Below are positions 49,531 to 58,042 of a DNA stretch of 64,000 bases, in pieces; within the stretch, counting starts at the first letter, position 1; each line of letters starts with the position of its first letter. The notes under the pieces are model-generated. The model had not been told where the DNA came from. It did not search any database and saw only the letters and a program-made list of their open reading frames with translations. The stretch spans positions 1,699 through 65,698 of the forward strand of contig JAUXTO010000019.1 in the NCBI GenBank assembly GCA_030679255.1, read 5' to 3'. Both the position numbers and the translations under genes were made by a program. The stretch comes from Candidatus Gottesmanbacteria bacterium. Its GTDB lineage: Bacteria; Patescibacteriota; Microgenomatia; UBA10105; UBA927.

Positions 49531-49562
49531 GTCCCCCATTCTACGCAAAAAACTTTACATTG

Positions 49563-51215
49563 TCATTGGAGAGAATACGCTTGAAAATCCTTATTACTCA
49601 ATCGCTTCACAACACCACTACGTTGTGGTGGAATCCAAGCGGACGGGGCGAGGATCCAACGGACGTTATGGGCAGAAAGAATGCGGTTGGCGACGACTGG
49701 ATCGCGGGTGGTAAAAAATTCATTGATGGCGGCGCGTTTGGCGCCTACGTCCTTGGTAAACATGACGTGGCCGGCGACCACTCTTCTACCAGTAAATGAA
49801 GGGGTCATCGTGCTGATCTCGTAGGGGGCCATCACGACATCTTCGGGCTGACTGTTTTGTGATAGATAAGAAAATGCATCCATGAGCTCCTTTGGTATAT
49901 AGACTTGAATATTATTCCGGTTCTCCGCCACATACCCCGCGTGTTCGCGGAAACTGGCAATCAAACCGACGGAAAAATAAAGAAGTAACACCGATATCAA
50001 CACAAATTTCATAAGGCCACCCCTTGTCCTTCGACTTCGCTCAGGATAAACAGCCAAGGGAGTGGCCTTAAACGCAGTTACATCACCCAGCCTTAAAAGG
50101 TGAGACCTTTTAAGGCTAAATATCCAGACGGCGGTACCGATACCGAGGGGGATGAATTGATAGCCGCCGAGGAACCGCTCGGGGGTGACCGGCACGAAAG
50201 GACCTATTATATAAAGCATAATCCAGCTACTCGCGGCCCAGGCAAGGAGGAGACTTCCCACCCGCCCCAAACGCCAGATGGTGGGAATTGCAAGCAAAAA
50301 CAATACGAGCGTTGGTCCGAAACTTACCGCGTACTCAACCGGATTTACTTTATAGTCAAGCGTCTGCTCCCACAAAAGATAGCTCGTCCACGGAAATATG
50401 TTCATCTGGAGGTAACGATGATAAAGCATAACAAATCCGGCGGTCACAACCAAAATTATGACCATTATAATTTCAAAGCCTGGCTTTGATTTGTTTCGGA
50501 GCGTCAGGACGGTATATATAAGAAGGGTGGGTATGAAGGTGACGTAGACCACGGGGTTGGTAAATCCCATCGCCGCGACAAGGCCGACGATCGTAAGGAG
50601 GGAAACGAATTTTCTAAATTGACCCGGCGATTCTCCATTTATTATTAGAAGAAATACGGCAAGCATCCCCACTTTACTCCATAAATGATGCGGCACAAAT
50701 GACCACCGGAAGATGGGATCAAGCTCCGTCCATGCGTGGGGGAGACTTGCAACAATTGGGCCGTTACTCCCCCATCCCCAGAAATACGTACCAAAGAGGA
50801 CAAAGCAGAATGCGACAATCCTTTTTATAATAGATTGTGGAAATGTTTTCCGGATCAATTGATAGACCAATACCATGAGCGCCAATCCTCCGAAAATCCG
50901 CGCTCCCGTATACGCTATAGGTAAAGAGATATCAAGAAGACGCGCTATATGCCCGAGGGTGAGAAGAAATATGCTCACGACCATCCGGGGATAGATTTCC
51001 GGTGTCATCCTGCTGGTGGCGACCCACCACCCATCCCATCCCTGCCGCATGATATCCAAATATATGTAATAATCTTCAACAAAATTATGAACCAACGGAT
51101 AGACAGTCCCCGGAGGGGTATTCCATAGATAGAGAATCGTTTGGGAAACGCTCAAAAGAGCCGCCAATAAAATAAGAAGAATAATGATGACTCGATCCCA
51201 TGAAACTCTTGGCAT
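49563..51215 (-). CDS. Polytopic membrane protein, GT-C-like
   Basis: 'DYYIYL.IMRQG', 'FVPHH', 'VAGH'; TATACT 6 nt before the ATG. Confidence 0.8.
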   Translation of the reverse strand: MPRVSWDRVIIILLILLAALLSVSQTILYLWNTPPGTVYPLVHNFVEDYYIYLDIMRQGWDGWWVATSRMTPEIYPRMVVSIFLLTLGHIARLLDISLPIAYTGARIFGGLALMVLVYQLIRKTFPQSIIKRIVAFCFVLFGTYFWGWGSNGPIVASLPHAWTELDPIFRWSFVPHHLWSKVGMLAVFLLIINGESPGQFRKFVSLLTIVGLVAAMGFTNPVVYVTFIPTLLIYTVLTLRNKSKPGFEIIMVIILVVTAGFVMLYHRYLQMNIFPWTSYLLWEQTLDYKVNPVEYAVSFGPTLVLFLLAIPTIWRLGRVGSLLLAWAASSWIMLYIIGPFVPVTPERFLGGYQFIPLGIGTAVWIFSLKRSHLLRLGDVTAFKATPLAVYPERSRRTRGGLMKFVLISVLLLYFSVGLIASFREHAGYVAENRNNIQVYIPKELMDAFSYLSQNSQPEDVVMAPYEISTMTPSFTGRRVVAGHVMFTKDVGAKRAAINEFFTTRDPVVANRILSAHNVRWILAPSAWIPPQRSGVVKRLSNKDFQAYSLQ

Positions 51216-51262
51216 AGGGGTAGTATACTATGTAAAAAGGATAGTAATCTACAAATCTACCA

Positions 51263-53122
51263 ATGACAAATCTACAAATAAATCCGCGAAAAATTGTTCA
51301 GGCAGTACTCTTTTTGACTATACTCATTGTCCTTCTCATGCGGCTGCAGCTCGCTCTCACCCGGGCATTTGATCCGGATGAGTTTGCCTACCTCCATTGG
51401 ACCTGGCTCTCCCTCAATGGATATCTTCCGTACCGCGACTTTTTCTTTTATATTCTGCCGGGATTTCCCTGGGCACTCTCCCCCATCCTGTGGCTGACCG
51501 GTGACTCAATAAACTTTCTGATCGCAAGCCGGATCTTTATGTTTCTCATCTACGGATTATGTGCCGGAGTCGTGTATAAAATGGCACAGTCAATAGCGAC
51601 TCTATCTCAACACCAGAATACCCACACACCCGGGGTGTGGGCGCCGATCCTTGCCACCCTCATCTTTCTCACCTTCCCCGTCACCATAGACAAGACCATC
51701 GATATCCGGCCGGACATGGTGATGTTGCTCTTCTATTTTGCAAGTGCCTTGATTATTTTTCAGCCTCAAAAGGTGAGACCTTTTAAGGCTACATTATTGA
51801 TGTCGGGGATGTTATTTGGCGCGAGCATTTTCGTATTTCCGAAGATCATTTTTGGATTGCCGGCACTTCTTTACCTCTTGTTTTCTCAAAATTTCATAAG
51901 GCCACCCCTTGCCCTTCGACTTCGCTCAGGGCTAGCCGCCAAGGGAGTGGCCTTTAGAACTCTCCTTCCATGGGTCCTTGGCGCAGGGCTTATGGGGTTA
52001 GGATTCCTCGGTTACTTGTGGGTAAACAATCTCATCCCCCAGGCAGTCACGAGTCTCACGAGCGACGCGCTTGCCGTGACTTCGGGCAAACATGGATTTT
52101 CTCCCCTTCTCCTATTCACTCCCTATCCACTTATCTACCTCTCACGAGGTGGTGTAAGTCTGCCGTGGGCGGTCAATACCATTATATGGATGTTGGGGGT
52201 GGTCGGATTGGTGATACTTTTCAAAATCAACCGTCAGTGGGCTATCTTTTGGAGTCTTTTTACTGCAGGAAATATTCTATTCGTGCTCCTCTTCCCCGTG
52301 CCATACGTCCAATATTTATTGCCGCTGTCTGTGGCTGCGAGTGTGTTGGCGGCGATTGCAATCCAGTATTTAGGTCATAGTATATTGGGGTTAGGAAAAA
52401 ATACTATTCCCTATATACTCGTTCCAGTCCTCCTCCTACCATCCTTCTTCCTCCAATACCGGGAGCGCGTGGCGCCGGGGGCCGGAAACAGCGAACAACT
52501 CCAGGTGATCCGCGATGTATTGCGCGTGACTAAACCCAATGAATCCGTCTATGACATGGTGGGCTCCTACGTCTTCCGGCCGGACGGCTACTACATTTGC
52601 TGCCATCCGTATGCGGAGTTCGTGCAAAAACTAGGCACAAGCTTGCCCGCCGAAGTCCCGCCGGGCGGGACGAAGGAGGGGCCAGGCCTCAATCTGACAA
52701 AATCATTAATCAAACACCAGACCAAATTTCTCGTCATGGACAGGGTGGGATTTGTGTTTTGGCAGAGTCTCGAGCCGGATAAAATATTTATGCTGACCAA
52801 TTATTTGCCGATGGGAAATCCCGCAGCCCCCGGTACTCCATTAAGTAAACTCTATTCCTTGGGTCAGACATTCAGATGTATAAATGGCGCGTGTGTACAA
52901 TACGATATGGACGGAAAACCTGCTGCTCCCCGATCGACCAATACATTCACATTAATCGCAGGAGAAAAGTATTCGGCAGCCATACAGCCTGAATTTGCAA
53001 CCGCTATGATTGACGGCAGCGCCGTTAAAAACGGTCAGACTGTAGAGCTGGCAGCCGGCCCCCACGGATTTACTACCGATCAAACCGTCCAGGAGTTCAG
53101 AATACAGCTCAGGAGAAATTAG
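51263..53122 (+). CDS. GT-C fold (ArnT/PMT-like) membrane glycosyltransferase
   Basis: 'RAFDPDEFAYL', 'PYRDFFFYILPG', 'DIRPD', 'ICCHP'. Confidence 0.82.
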   Translation: MTNLQINPRKIVQAVLFLTILIVLLMRLQLALTRAFDPDEFAYLHWTWLSLNGYLPYRDFFFYILPGFPWALSPILWLTGDSINFLIASRIFMFLIYGLCAGVVYKMAQSIATLSQHQNTHTPGVWAPILATLIFLTFPVTIDKTIDIRPDMVMLLFYFASALIIFQPQKVRPFKATLLMSGMLFGASIFVFPKIIFGLPALLYLLFSQNFIRPPLALRLRSGLAAKGVAFRTLLPWVLGAGLMGLGFLGYLWVNNLIPQAVTSLTSDALAVTSGKHGFSPLLLFTPYPLIYLSRGGVSLPWAVNTIIWMLGVVGLVILFKINRQWAIFWSLFTAGNILFVLLFPVPYVQYLLPLSVAASVLAAIAIQYLGHSILGLGKNTIPYILVPVLLLPSFFLQYRERVAPGAGNSEQLQVIRDVLRVTKPNESVYDMVGSYVFRPDGYYICCHPYAEFVQKLGTSLPAEVPPGGTKEGPGLNLTKSLIKHQTKFLVMDRVGFVFWQSLEPDKIFMLTNYLPMGNPAAPGTPLSKLYSLGQTFRCINGACVQYDMDGKPAAPRSTNTFTLIAGEKYSAAIQPEFATAMIDGSAVKNGQTVELAAGPHGFTTDQTVQEFRIQLRRN

Positions 53123-53220
53123 GAGGATTTAGGAGGAAGTAGGAGATGTTCGGAGAAAATCGGAACAGATACAGACATACGGGAGATTTACGGGAGCTTA
53201 CGGGAAAATACGGGAAGATA
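53122..53220. repeat. Degenerate ~10-mer tandem repeats
   Basis: aggaggattt/aggaggaagt/cgggagattta/cgggagctta/cgggaaaata. Confidence 0.6.
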
Positions 53221-53238
53221 CTTGAATACACACTTCGT

Positions 53239-53273
53239 TTGACTTCCTCTCTCTCTCTCTCTCTCTGTAAAAT
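53239..53273 (+). promoter_or_regulatory. Promoter with (CT)10 in the -35/-10 spacer
   Basis: TTGACT-tc(ct)10g-TAAAAT; spacer 23 nt. Confidence 0.6.
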
Positions 53274-53494
53274 CCCCACTATAGGATAGACAACGAACTC
53301 ACCGTTAAACCCTTCTATCTGCGGGAGATCGTTTGACCGCGTTGGTTGTCCAACCTATGTGTCTTGCACATTAACAACGTGCCTCCTTCTAATTCCGTTG
53401 TACCACGAGCGTCTGCCGACTCCGGACTCTTCTGGTACAACGGAAAAATTGTACCCGTGAAAAAAAGTATTTTTTATGCCAAAAGGAGGCAGCT

Positions 53495-53680
53495 ATGTCA
53501 AAAAGTTTAACAATTTTTAGAGTGTTGTGGACCATCCTTAGCATCATCCTGTTTTTCTATATATTGGCCCAAGTGCCAACACCGATGCTGTTAGGCAATA
53601 TGCTGGCCGCACTGTTTATCAGTGCATGCGCCTGGGGTGGAGGGCTCATGGTCGCGAGCGCATTTACCACAAAAACTTAA
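53495..53680 (+). CDS. 61-aa two-TM peptide
   Basis: Strong AAAGGAGG RBS; hydrophobic; long structured leader upstream. Confidence 0.7.
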   Translation: MSKSLTIFRVLWTILSIILFFYILAQVPTPMLLGNMLAALFISACAWGGGLMVASAFTTKT

Positions 53681-53846
53681 TGATCCGCAAGACACACTCC
53701 CCTCCCAATCCGCCAAACAACAAAAACGACCAAAATAAATAACCAATATATTATTGACCAATATATATTGGTTTTGTTTTTTTTGTCTGGTAATTGGGGG
53801 GGTGTTTTTTTTTCATCAAATTACCTCTGTGGTATGATGACTCCGT

Positions 53847-54171
53847 ATGATCCTCGGTACAGCGCGCTCCAAAAATGGCGTTCTCATACGCCTCACTCAC
53901 GAACGCTGGTTCCATATCACTTCCTCCCATAAAGAAATTGACACTGCTTCTTACTCGACCGTCTTTCGAGCCATCAACATCCCAGACATCATCTTCCAAG
54001 GCGACCGTGGGGAACACGCTCGCGGTACGAAAACAACCTAGGAGAAAAAACTGGATCGTGATAGTATATAAAGAAAGGGACGCCACGGATGGCTTCGTGC
54101 TCACCGCATACGTGACGACAGATTTCCGTTGGCTCCTCAAACGAAAAATCCTATGGAGCAAACCATCATAA
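53847..54171 (+). pseudogene. Frameshifted RelE/BECR-like putative toxin
   Basis: 'IRLTHERWFHI..H.E...PD.I..G' continues in the +1 frame near 54015 as 'TLAVRK...IVYKE...GFVLTAY'. Confidence 0.75.
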
Positions 54172-54404
54172 ACTCCGCGACCCCAGCCATAGCCGACCTC
54201 GTCCGGCTCGCTCAGGCTGGCAATTCTAATCTACAGGTAGACTATGACAAAGAAGCGGATGTCCTGTATATCAACTTTGGTGCTCCCCAAAAATCCGACG
54301 ATGCCCAACAAGGAAGCGACGGCATCATTAGACGGAAAAAGAAGAATAAGCTCATTGGACTAACTGTCCTCAATGCTAGCCGGTACCCGCACGCAACGAA
54401 CTAA
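54153..54404 (+). CDS. DUF2283-family protein
   Basis: 'DYDKEADVLYINF...LIGLTVLNAS'. Confidence 0.85.
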   Translation: MEQTIINSATPAIADLVRLAQAGNSNLQVDYDKEADVLYINFGAPQKSDDAQQGSDGIIRRKKKNKLIGLTVLNASRYPHATN

Positions 54405-54410
54405 CGAACC

Positions 54411-55163
54411 ATGAGTGATGAAGTATCCGAAGAGCCCACTGGTGATATCTCTAAAACGCTTCCGGTGATCGGGGGGGCGTTTTTAATTCTAGTGGCCATC
54501 GTATTCCTTGCCTACCAATACAGCAAACCCCGGCCGGGGACGGTGGTTTTGCCGGGAGGGATAACGTATTTGGGGCCAAGTCCGACAGAGAGTCAAAAGT
54601 CTCCGCCAAAGGCGGACCAGCCTCTGGCCGGGAAAGTCGAAAGTCAAAAGTCAGCGCAAGAGAACGTGGCGGAGGCGGAGCGCTCTCGTTTCACAACTGA
54701 TGCATCGGTACCCTGGACCACAGTGAAAAGCACGAAGTATGGCTATACTTTTTCCGTCCCGGAGACACTCACCCTTGAGCCATTTCTCACCGATGAGTTT
54801 GATGCGTATGCCATCACCTGGAACAATGTATCTAAAGAAGCCAATGTCCTGGTCGGCGTGGAAAACTTATCCAACGACGACAAACGCGCTCCGTACGTCA
54901 AAAAGACCAAAAAAGAATATATCGAATCATTTTGGTCCAAACAATACAATCTGACCGGAGTCAAACAGATCACATCATTCACCAATAAAAAAGGATTGAA
55001 AGGCTACAAGGTGAAATTTCAAACGGCGGGTGGCGTATCCCCCTTTGACGATGTGTTTCTGGAAGTTCCGGCAAAACCGAATCTCCTCATCCACCTATCA
55101 AACGCAATTATCGAAGGGAAATTGTTTGATAAAATCGTGGACAGTGTCGCTTGGGGACAATAA
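54411..55163 (+). CDS. Membrane-anchored exported protein (PsbP-like fold possible)
   Basis: N-terminal TM, 'YGYTFSVP', C-terminal 'FDKIVDSV'. Confidence 0.75.
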   Translation: MSDEVSEEPTGDISKTLPVIGGAFLILVAIVFLAYQYSKPRPGTVVLPGGITYLGPSPTESQKSPPKADQPLAGKVESQKSAQENVAEAERSRFTTDASVPWTTVKSTKYGYTFSVPETLTLEPFLTDEFDAYAITWNNVSKEANVLVGVENLSNDDKRAPYVKKTKKEYIESFWSKQYNLTGVKQITSFTNKKGLKGYKVKFQTAGGVSPFDDVFLEVPAKPNLLIHLSNAIIEGKLFDKIVDSVAWGQ

Positions 55164-55167
55164 CTTG

Positions 55168-55455
55168 TTACTCAATCTTCTTCGTAAAACACCATCCTGC
55201 ATTTCCGTTCGCTCCATTACAGTCCCACTGGCAACAATTTCCTTGAAAATAATAACCATATTGCTCCGAAAAAGCGCTTGCGTCCCGAAACCCTGGCGGT
55301 CCCCCAAAAGTACTATGAAACGCAACAATCGCTCCTTGTAATTTCCCGTCATCCCCTTCCTGAGGCTCTACAAACGGACAATTAGAGCTACACGCGCGTA
55401 ACTGTATTAATGCTTCCCCAGTACCAATTTTTGCAATCGTTTCTCCTTTTCTCAT
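55168..55455 (-). CDS. Small Cys-rich protein
   Basis: AAGGAGG RBS; MRKGETI...RACSSNCP...GNCC..DC...CFTKK. Confidence 0.65.
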   Translation of the reverse strand: MRKGETIAKIGTGEALIQLRACSSNCPFVEPQEGDDGKLQGAIVAFHSTFGGPPGFRDASAFSEQYGYYFQGNCCQWDCNGANGNAGWCFTKKIE

Positions 55456-55611
55456 ACGTACTCCCTCCTTAGGAATAGTGTGCACTATACTGTATTCCAT
55501 AACGGAACACAATTCGAACCGTTCTTCATGGAATGCTCGGGTCGGGAGTGTTTGAGAAGATTGTGGAGTATGTTTCCTGGCTATAGAAATAAAATCAAAT
55601 TCTGCTTTTAC

Positions 55612-55920
55612 TTACCTCGTAAAGCACGCCATCCGACGCCCTTCGCTAGCTGGTGGTTGTGTGCCGCAATGTTCTGCGCTGGTACAAAGCCCCCTATAGG
55701 TATAGCCCTTTTCCGCAGCTATTGCATTGATATTACTAGGATCCGTGGGGTGACTACCTTCTCTCATATCAAATTTAGTCGATGCTCCCTCAGTCGCAGA
55801 ATTTTCTTCTATCTTGGGGCATGCATCACCGCAAGCCTTAAATACGACTATATCTGGCATGACACCATCCTCAGTCAAAAATTTTACACTACCGCTGGTG
55901 ACCGTATCTCCTTTTGCCAT
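55612..55920 (-). CDS. Small Cys-rich protein, paralogue of the preceding gene
   Basis: AGGAG RBS; MAKGDTV...KACGDACP...GLC....HC...CFTR. Confidence 0.65.
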   Translation of the reverse strand: MAKGDTVTSGSVKFLTEDGVMPDIVVFKACGDACPKIEENSATEGASTKFDMREGSHPTDPSNINAIAAEKGYTYRGLCTSAEHCGTQPPASEGRRMACFTR

Positions 55921-56004
55921 ATTTTTCTCCTATACGGATAACAATGGTGAGTATAATACTGATTAAATCAAAAAAATGCAAATTTTTCTGCTACAATAAT
56001 TTTT

Positions 56005-57921
56005 ATGAAGTTTCCGAAGTGGTTTTGGGTGGGAATACTGATTGCGCTTTTTGTGCGTCTCGCGCTCATCCCCAATCCTGGCTTTGAGGCGGATGTGTCG
56101 TTTTGGAAGGCGTGGGGACTGGCGGTCGTTGACAAAGGTGTCATTGAGGGCCTGAAGGTGAGCAACAGTAACTACCCTACCCCATTTATGTATACGCTCG
56201 GCGTCATGGTATGGGTGTATAAACTTTTTGCCGATCCCCATAACTTTAATGAATTTTGGAATAACAGCAATCTTCTCTTCTTGACCATCTCGAAAATGCT
56301 GCCGATCATGGCAGATTTTGGAATTGCCGGAATCATTCTTTGGATAAGCACCAAATACCAAGCATCAAGCATCAAACAAGCACCAAATTCCAAGCATCAA
56401 ACGTTTGGAACATTGGGATTTAGAATTTTGAATTTGTTTGGAATTTGGAATTTGGAATTTGGAGCTTCTCGTGTCGGTTTTTTATTTGCCCTTGTCTACC
56501 TCCTCTCCCCCATCTCCCTCATCGACGGGGCGTGGTGGGGGCAAGTCGATAGCGTCGGGGTATTTATATTTCTTGCGGCTGTGGTCGCCGTCCTCAAAAG
56601 GTGGCCTGTGCTTGCCGGAGTGATCTACATGGTGGGCGTCATGACCAAGCTCCAAAATATGATCTACGGCCCGGTGTTTTTTCTGTTCGTTTGGCAGTCG
56701 CTTGGATACCAGGGATTGGTCCGCGCTATAGCCGGCAGCACACTCGGTTTTTTCGGCCTGAATATCGAATTTTTCCTCTCGCGAAACATGGCCAGGGTGA
56801 TGGCAAGCCTCACCGAAAACTATGACTACTTCCCTCTCATGAGCCTGAACGCCTACAACCTTTGGTGGATATTCTCCGGAGCCAAAGGCATGGCGATGAG
56901 TGATAAATTTTTGAGCGTGGGGATCATGAATGCGAAGACGGTAGGTCTGGTATTGTTTTCGGGGGTGTATTTGTTTGCGGTACTCCGGCAGACTTTTACA
57001 AGGCACTTCCTTGCAGCTTCGCAAGACATGCTCTTGCGAGGATTCCTCGAATCCCTGATCCTCGTCAATGGGGCATTTTTTCTTTTCCAAACACAGTCGC
57101 ATGACCGGTATGCGTTTCCGCTGTCCGTGTTTCTTCTGCTGTGGGCACCGTTTTTCATTTCGCAAGACATGCTCTTGCGAGGCTACAAGAGCATGTCTTA
57201 TGGAATCAATATCCGTCTTTTTGCAATGTTCTATACACTTTTCACCATCTTTTATTTCTACAATCTCCATACAGCGCTCATCGTCAATTATCCTAATAAC
57301 GGAATCCCGGGGCTCACGCTTCTTACTCAGCCTTTTTTCACGATCATGACCTCCGTCGTGTTGTTGGGATTATTCGGCGTCATTCTTTGGCATTTTGCGC
57401 GACAATCCAGGCTCGCATTCTTTGTCTCCTGTCTCGTGTCTCTTGCCGCCTTGACTGCCCTCAACCTCCCCCTCATCACGAAAAAACCAGTATCGCTTAC
57501 TAAACTCACTCCCTACGTCGCCGAAGTAGGCTACGGAAAGCGGCAAACCGATATGCCCGTCAATGCATTTTTAGGCTACTCCAAACAATCATATCTCTCG
57601 GTGCAGTATGCGTTTTATCGGAGCGGTCTGGGCCTCCACTCACCGAGCTTTCTCAATTATGATATCGGCGGGCACTTCAAAACATTGATCACCGATTACG
57701 GGATTGACACAGAAGCAGGAGGAAAAGGATCGGCGGTCTTTGAAGTGTACGGCGATGATAGACTGTTATGGCGGTCGGAGAAAATCGGACGGTATGAAAA
57801 TCCGCGGCATGCGGAAGTGAACGTGACGGGAGTGCGGAAACTGGGACTCATCACGACGGATGCCGGGGACGGCCGTGACGATGATCATGTGGATTGGCTC
57901 CGGCCGATGCTGTGGCCATAA
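56005..57921 (+). CDS. GT-C (mannosyltransferase-like) membrane protein with C-terminal NPCBM/NEW2 domain
   Basis: 'D...W..W', 'NYP', 'WWGQVDS', 'NAYNLW', 'HDRY'; 'GLGLH...GID...GSAVFEVYGD...DHVDW'. Confidence 0.85.
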   Translation: MKFPKWFWVGILIALFVRLALIPNPGFEADVSFWKAWGLAVVDKGVIEGLKVSNSNYPTPFMYTLGVMVWVYKLFADPHNFNEFWNNSNLLFLTISKMLPIMADFGIAGIILWISTKYQASSIKQAPNSKHQTFGTLGFRILNLFGIWNLEFGASRVGFLFALVYLLSPISLIDGAWWGQVDSVGVFIFLAAVVAVLKRWPVLAGVIYMVGVMTKLQNMIYGPVFFLFVWQSLGYQGLVRAIAGSTLGFFGLNIEFFLSRNMARVMASLTENYDYFPLMSLNAYNLWWIFSGAKGMAMSDKFLSVGIMNAKTVGLVLFSGVYLFAVLRQTFTRHFLAASQDMLLRGFLESLILVNGAFFLFQTQSHDRYAFPLSVFLLLWAPFFISQDMLLRGYKSMSYGINIRLFAMFYTLFTIFYFYNLHTALIVNYPNNGIPGLTLLTQPFFTIMTSVVLLGLFGVILWHFARQSRLAFFVSCLVSLAALTALNLPLITKKPVSLTKLTPYVAEVGYGKRQTDMPVNAFLGYSKQSYLSVQYAFYRSGLGLHSPSFLNYDIGGHFKTLITDYGIDTEAGGKGSAVFEVYGDDRLLWRSEKIGRYENPRHAEVNVTGVRKLGLITTDAGDGRDDDHVDWLRPMLWP

Positions 57922-58036
57922 AAGTCCGTAAAGTCAAAAAGTCCTTAAAGTCCGTAAAGTCAAAAAGTCCGTAAAGTCCGTAAAGTCCGTAAAGTATTTG
58001 ACTTTATAGACATTCGACTTTATAGACTTTCGACTC
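57921..58036. repeat. Intergenic inverted tandem-repeat structure
   Basis: (aaagtccgt/aaagtca)n at 57921-57995, then (gactttata/gactttc)n at 58000-58036. Confidence 0.8.
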
Positions 58037-58042
58037 TAAGTT

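Noticed and set aside
56482-57270. 262-aa minus-strand ORF, and many similar short antisense ORFs in the track
   Set aside because: Fully antisense to well-supported genes, with no motifs.
57921-58036. CRISPR array
   Set aside because: Short tandem units without unique spacers; no cas genes in the window.
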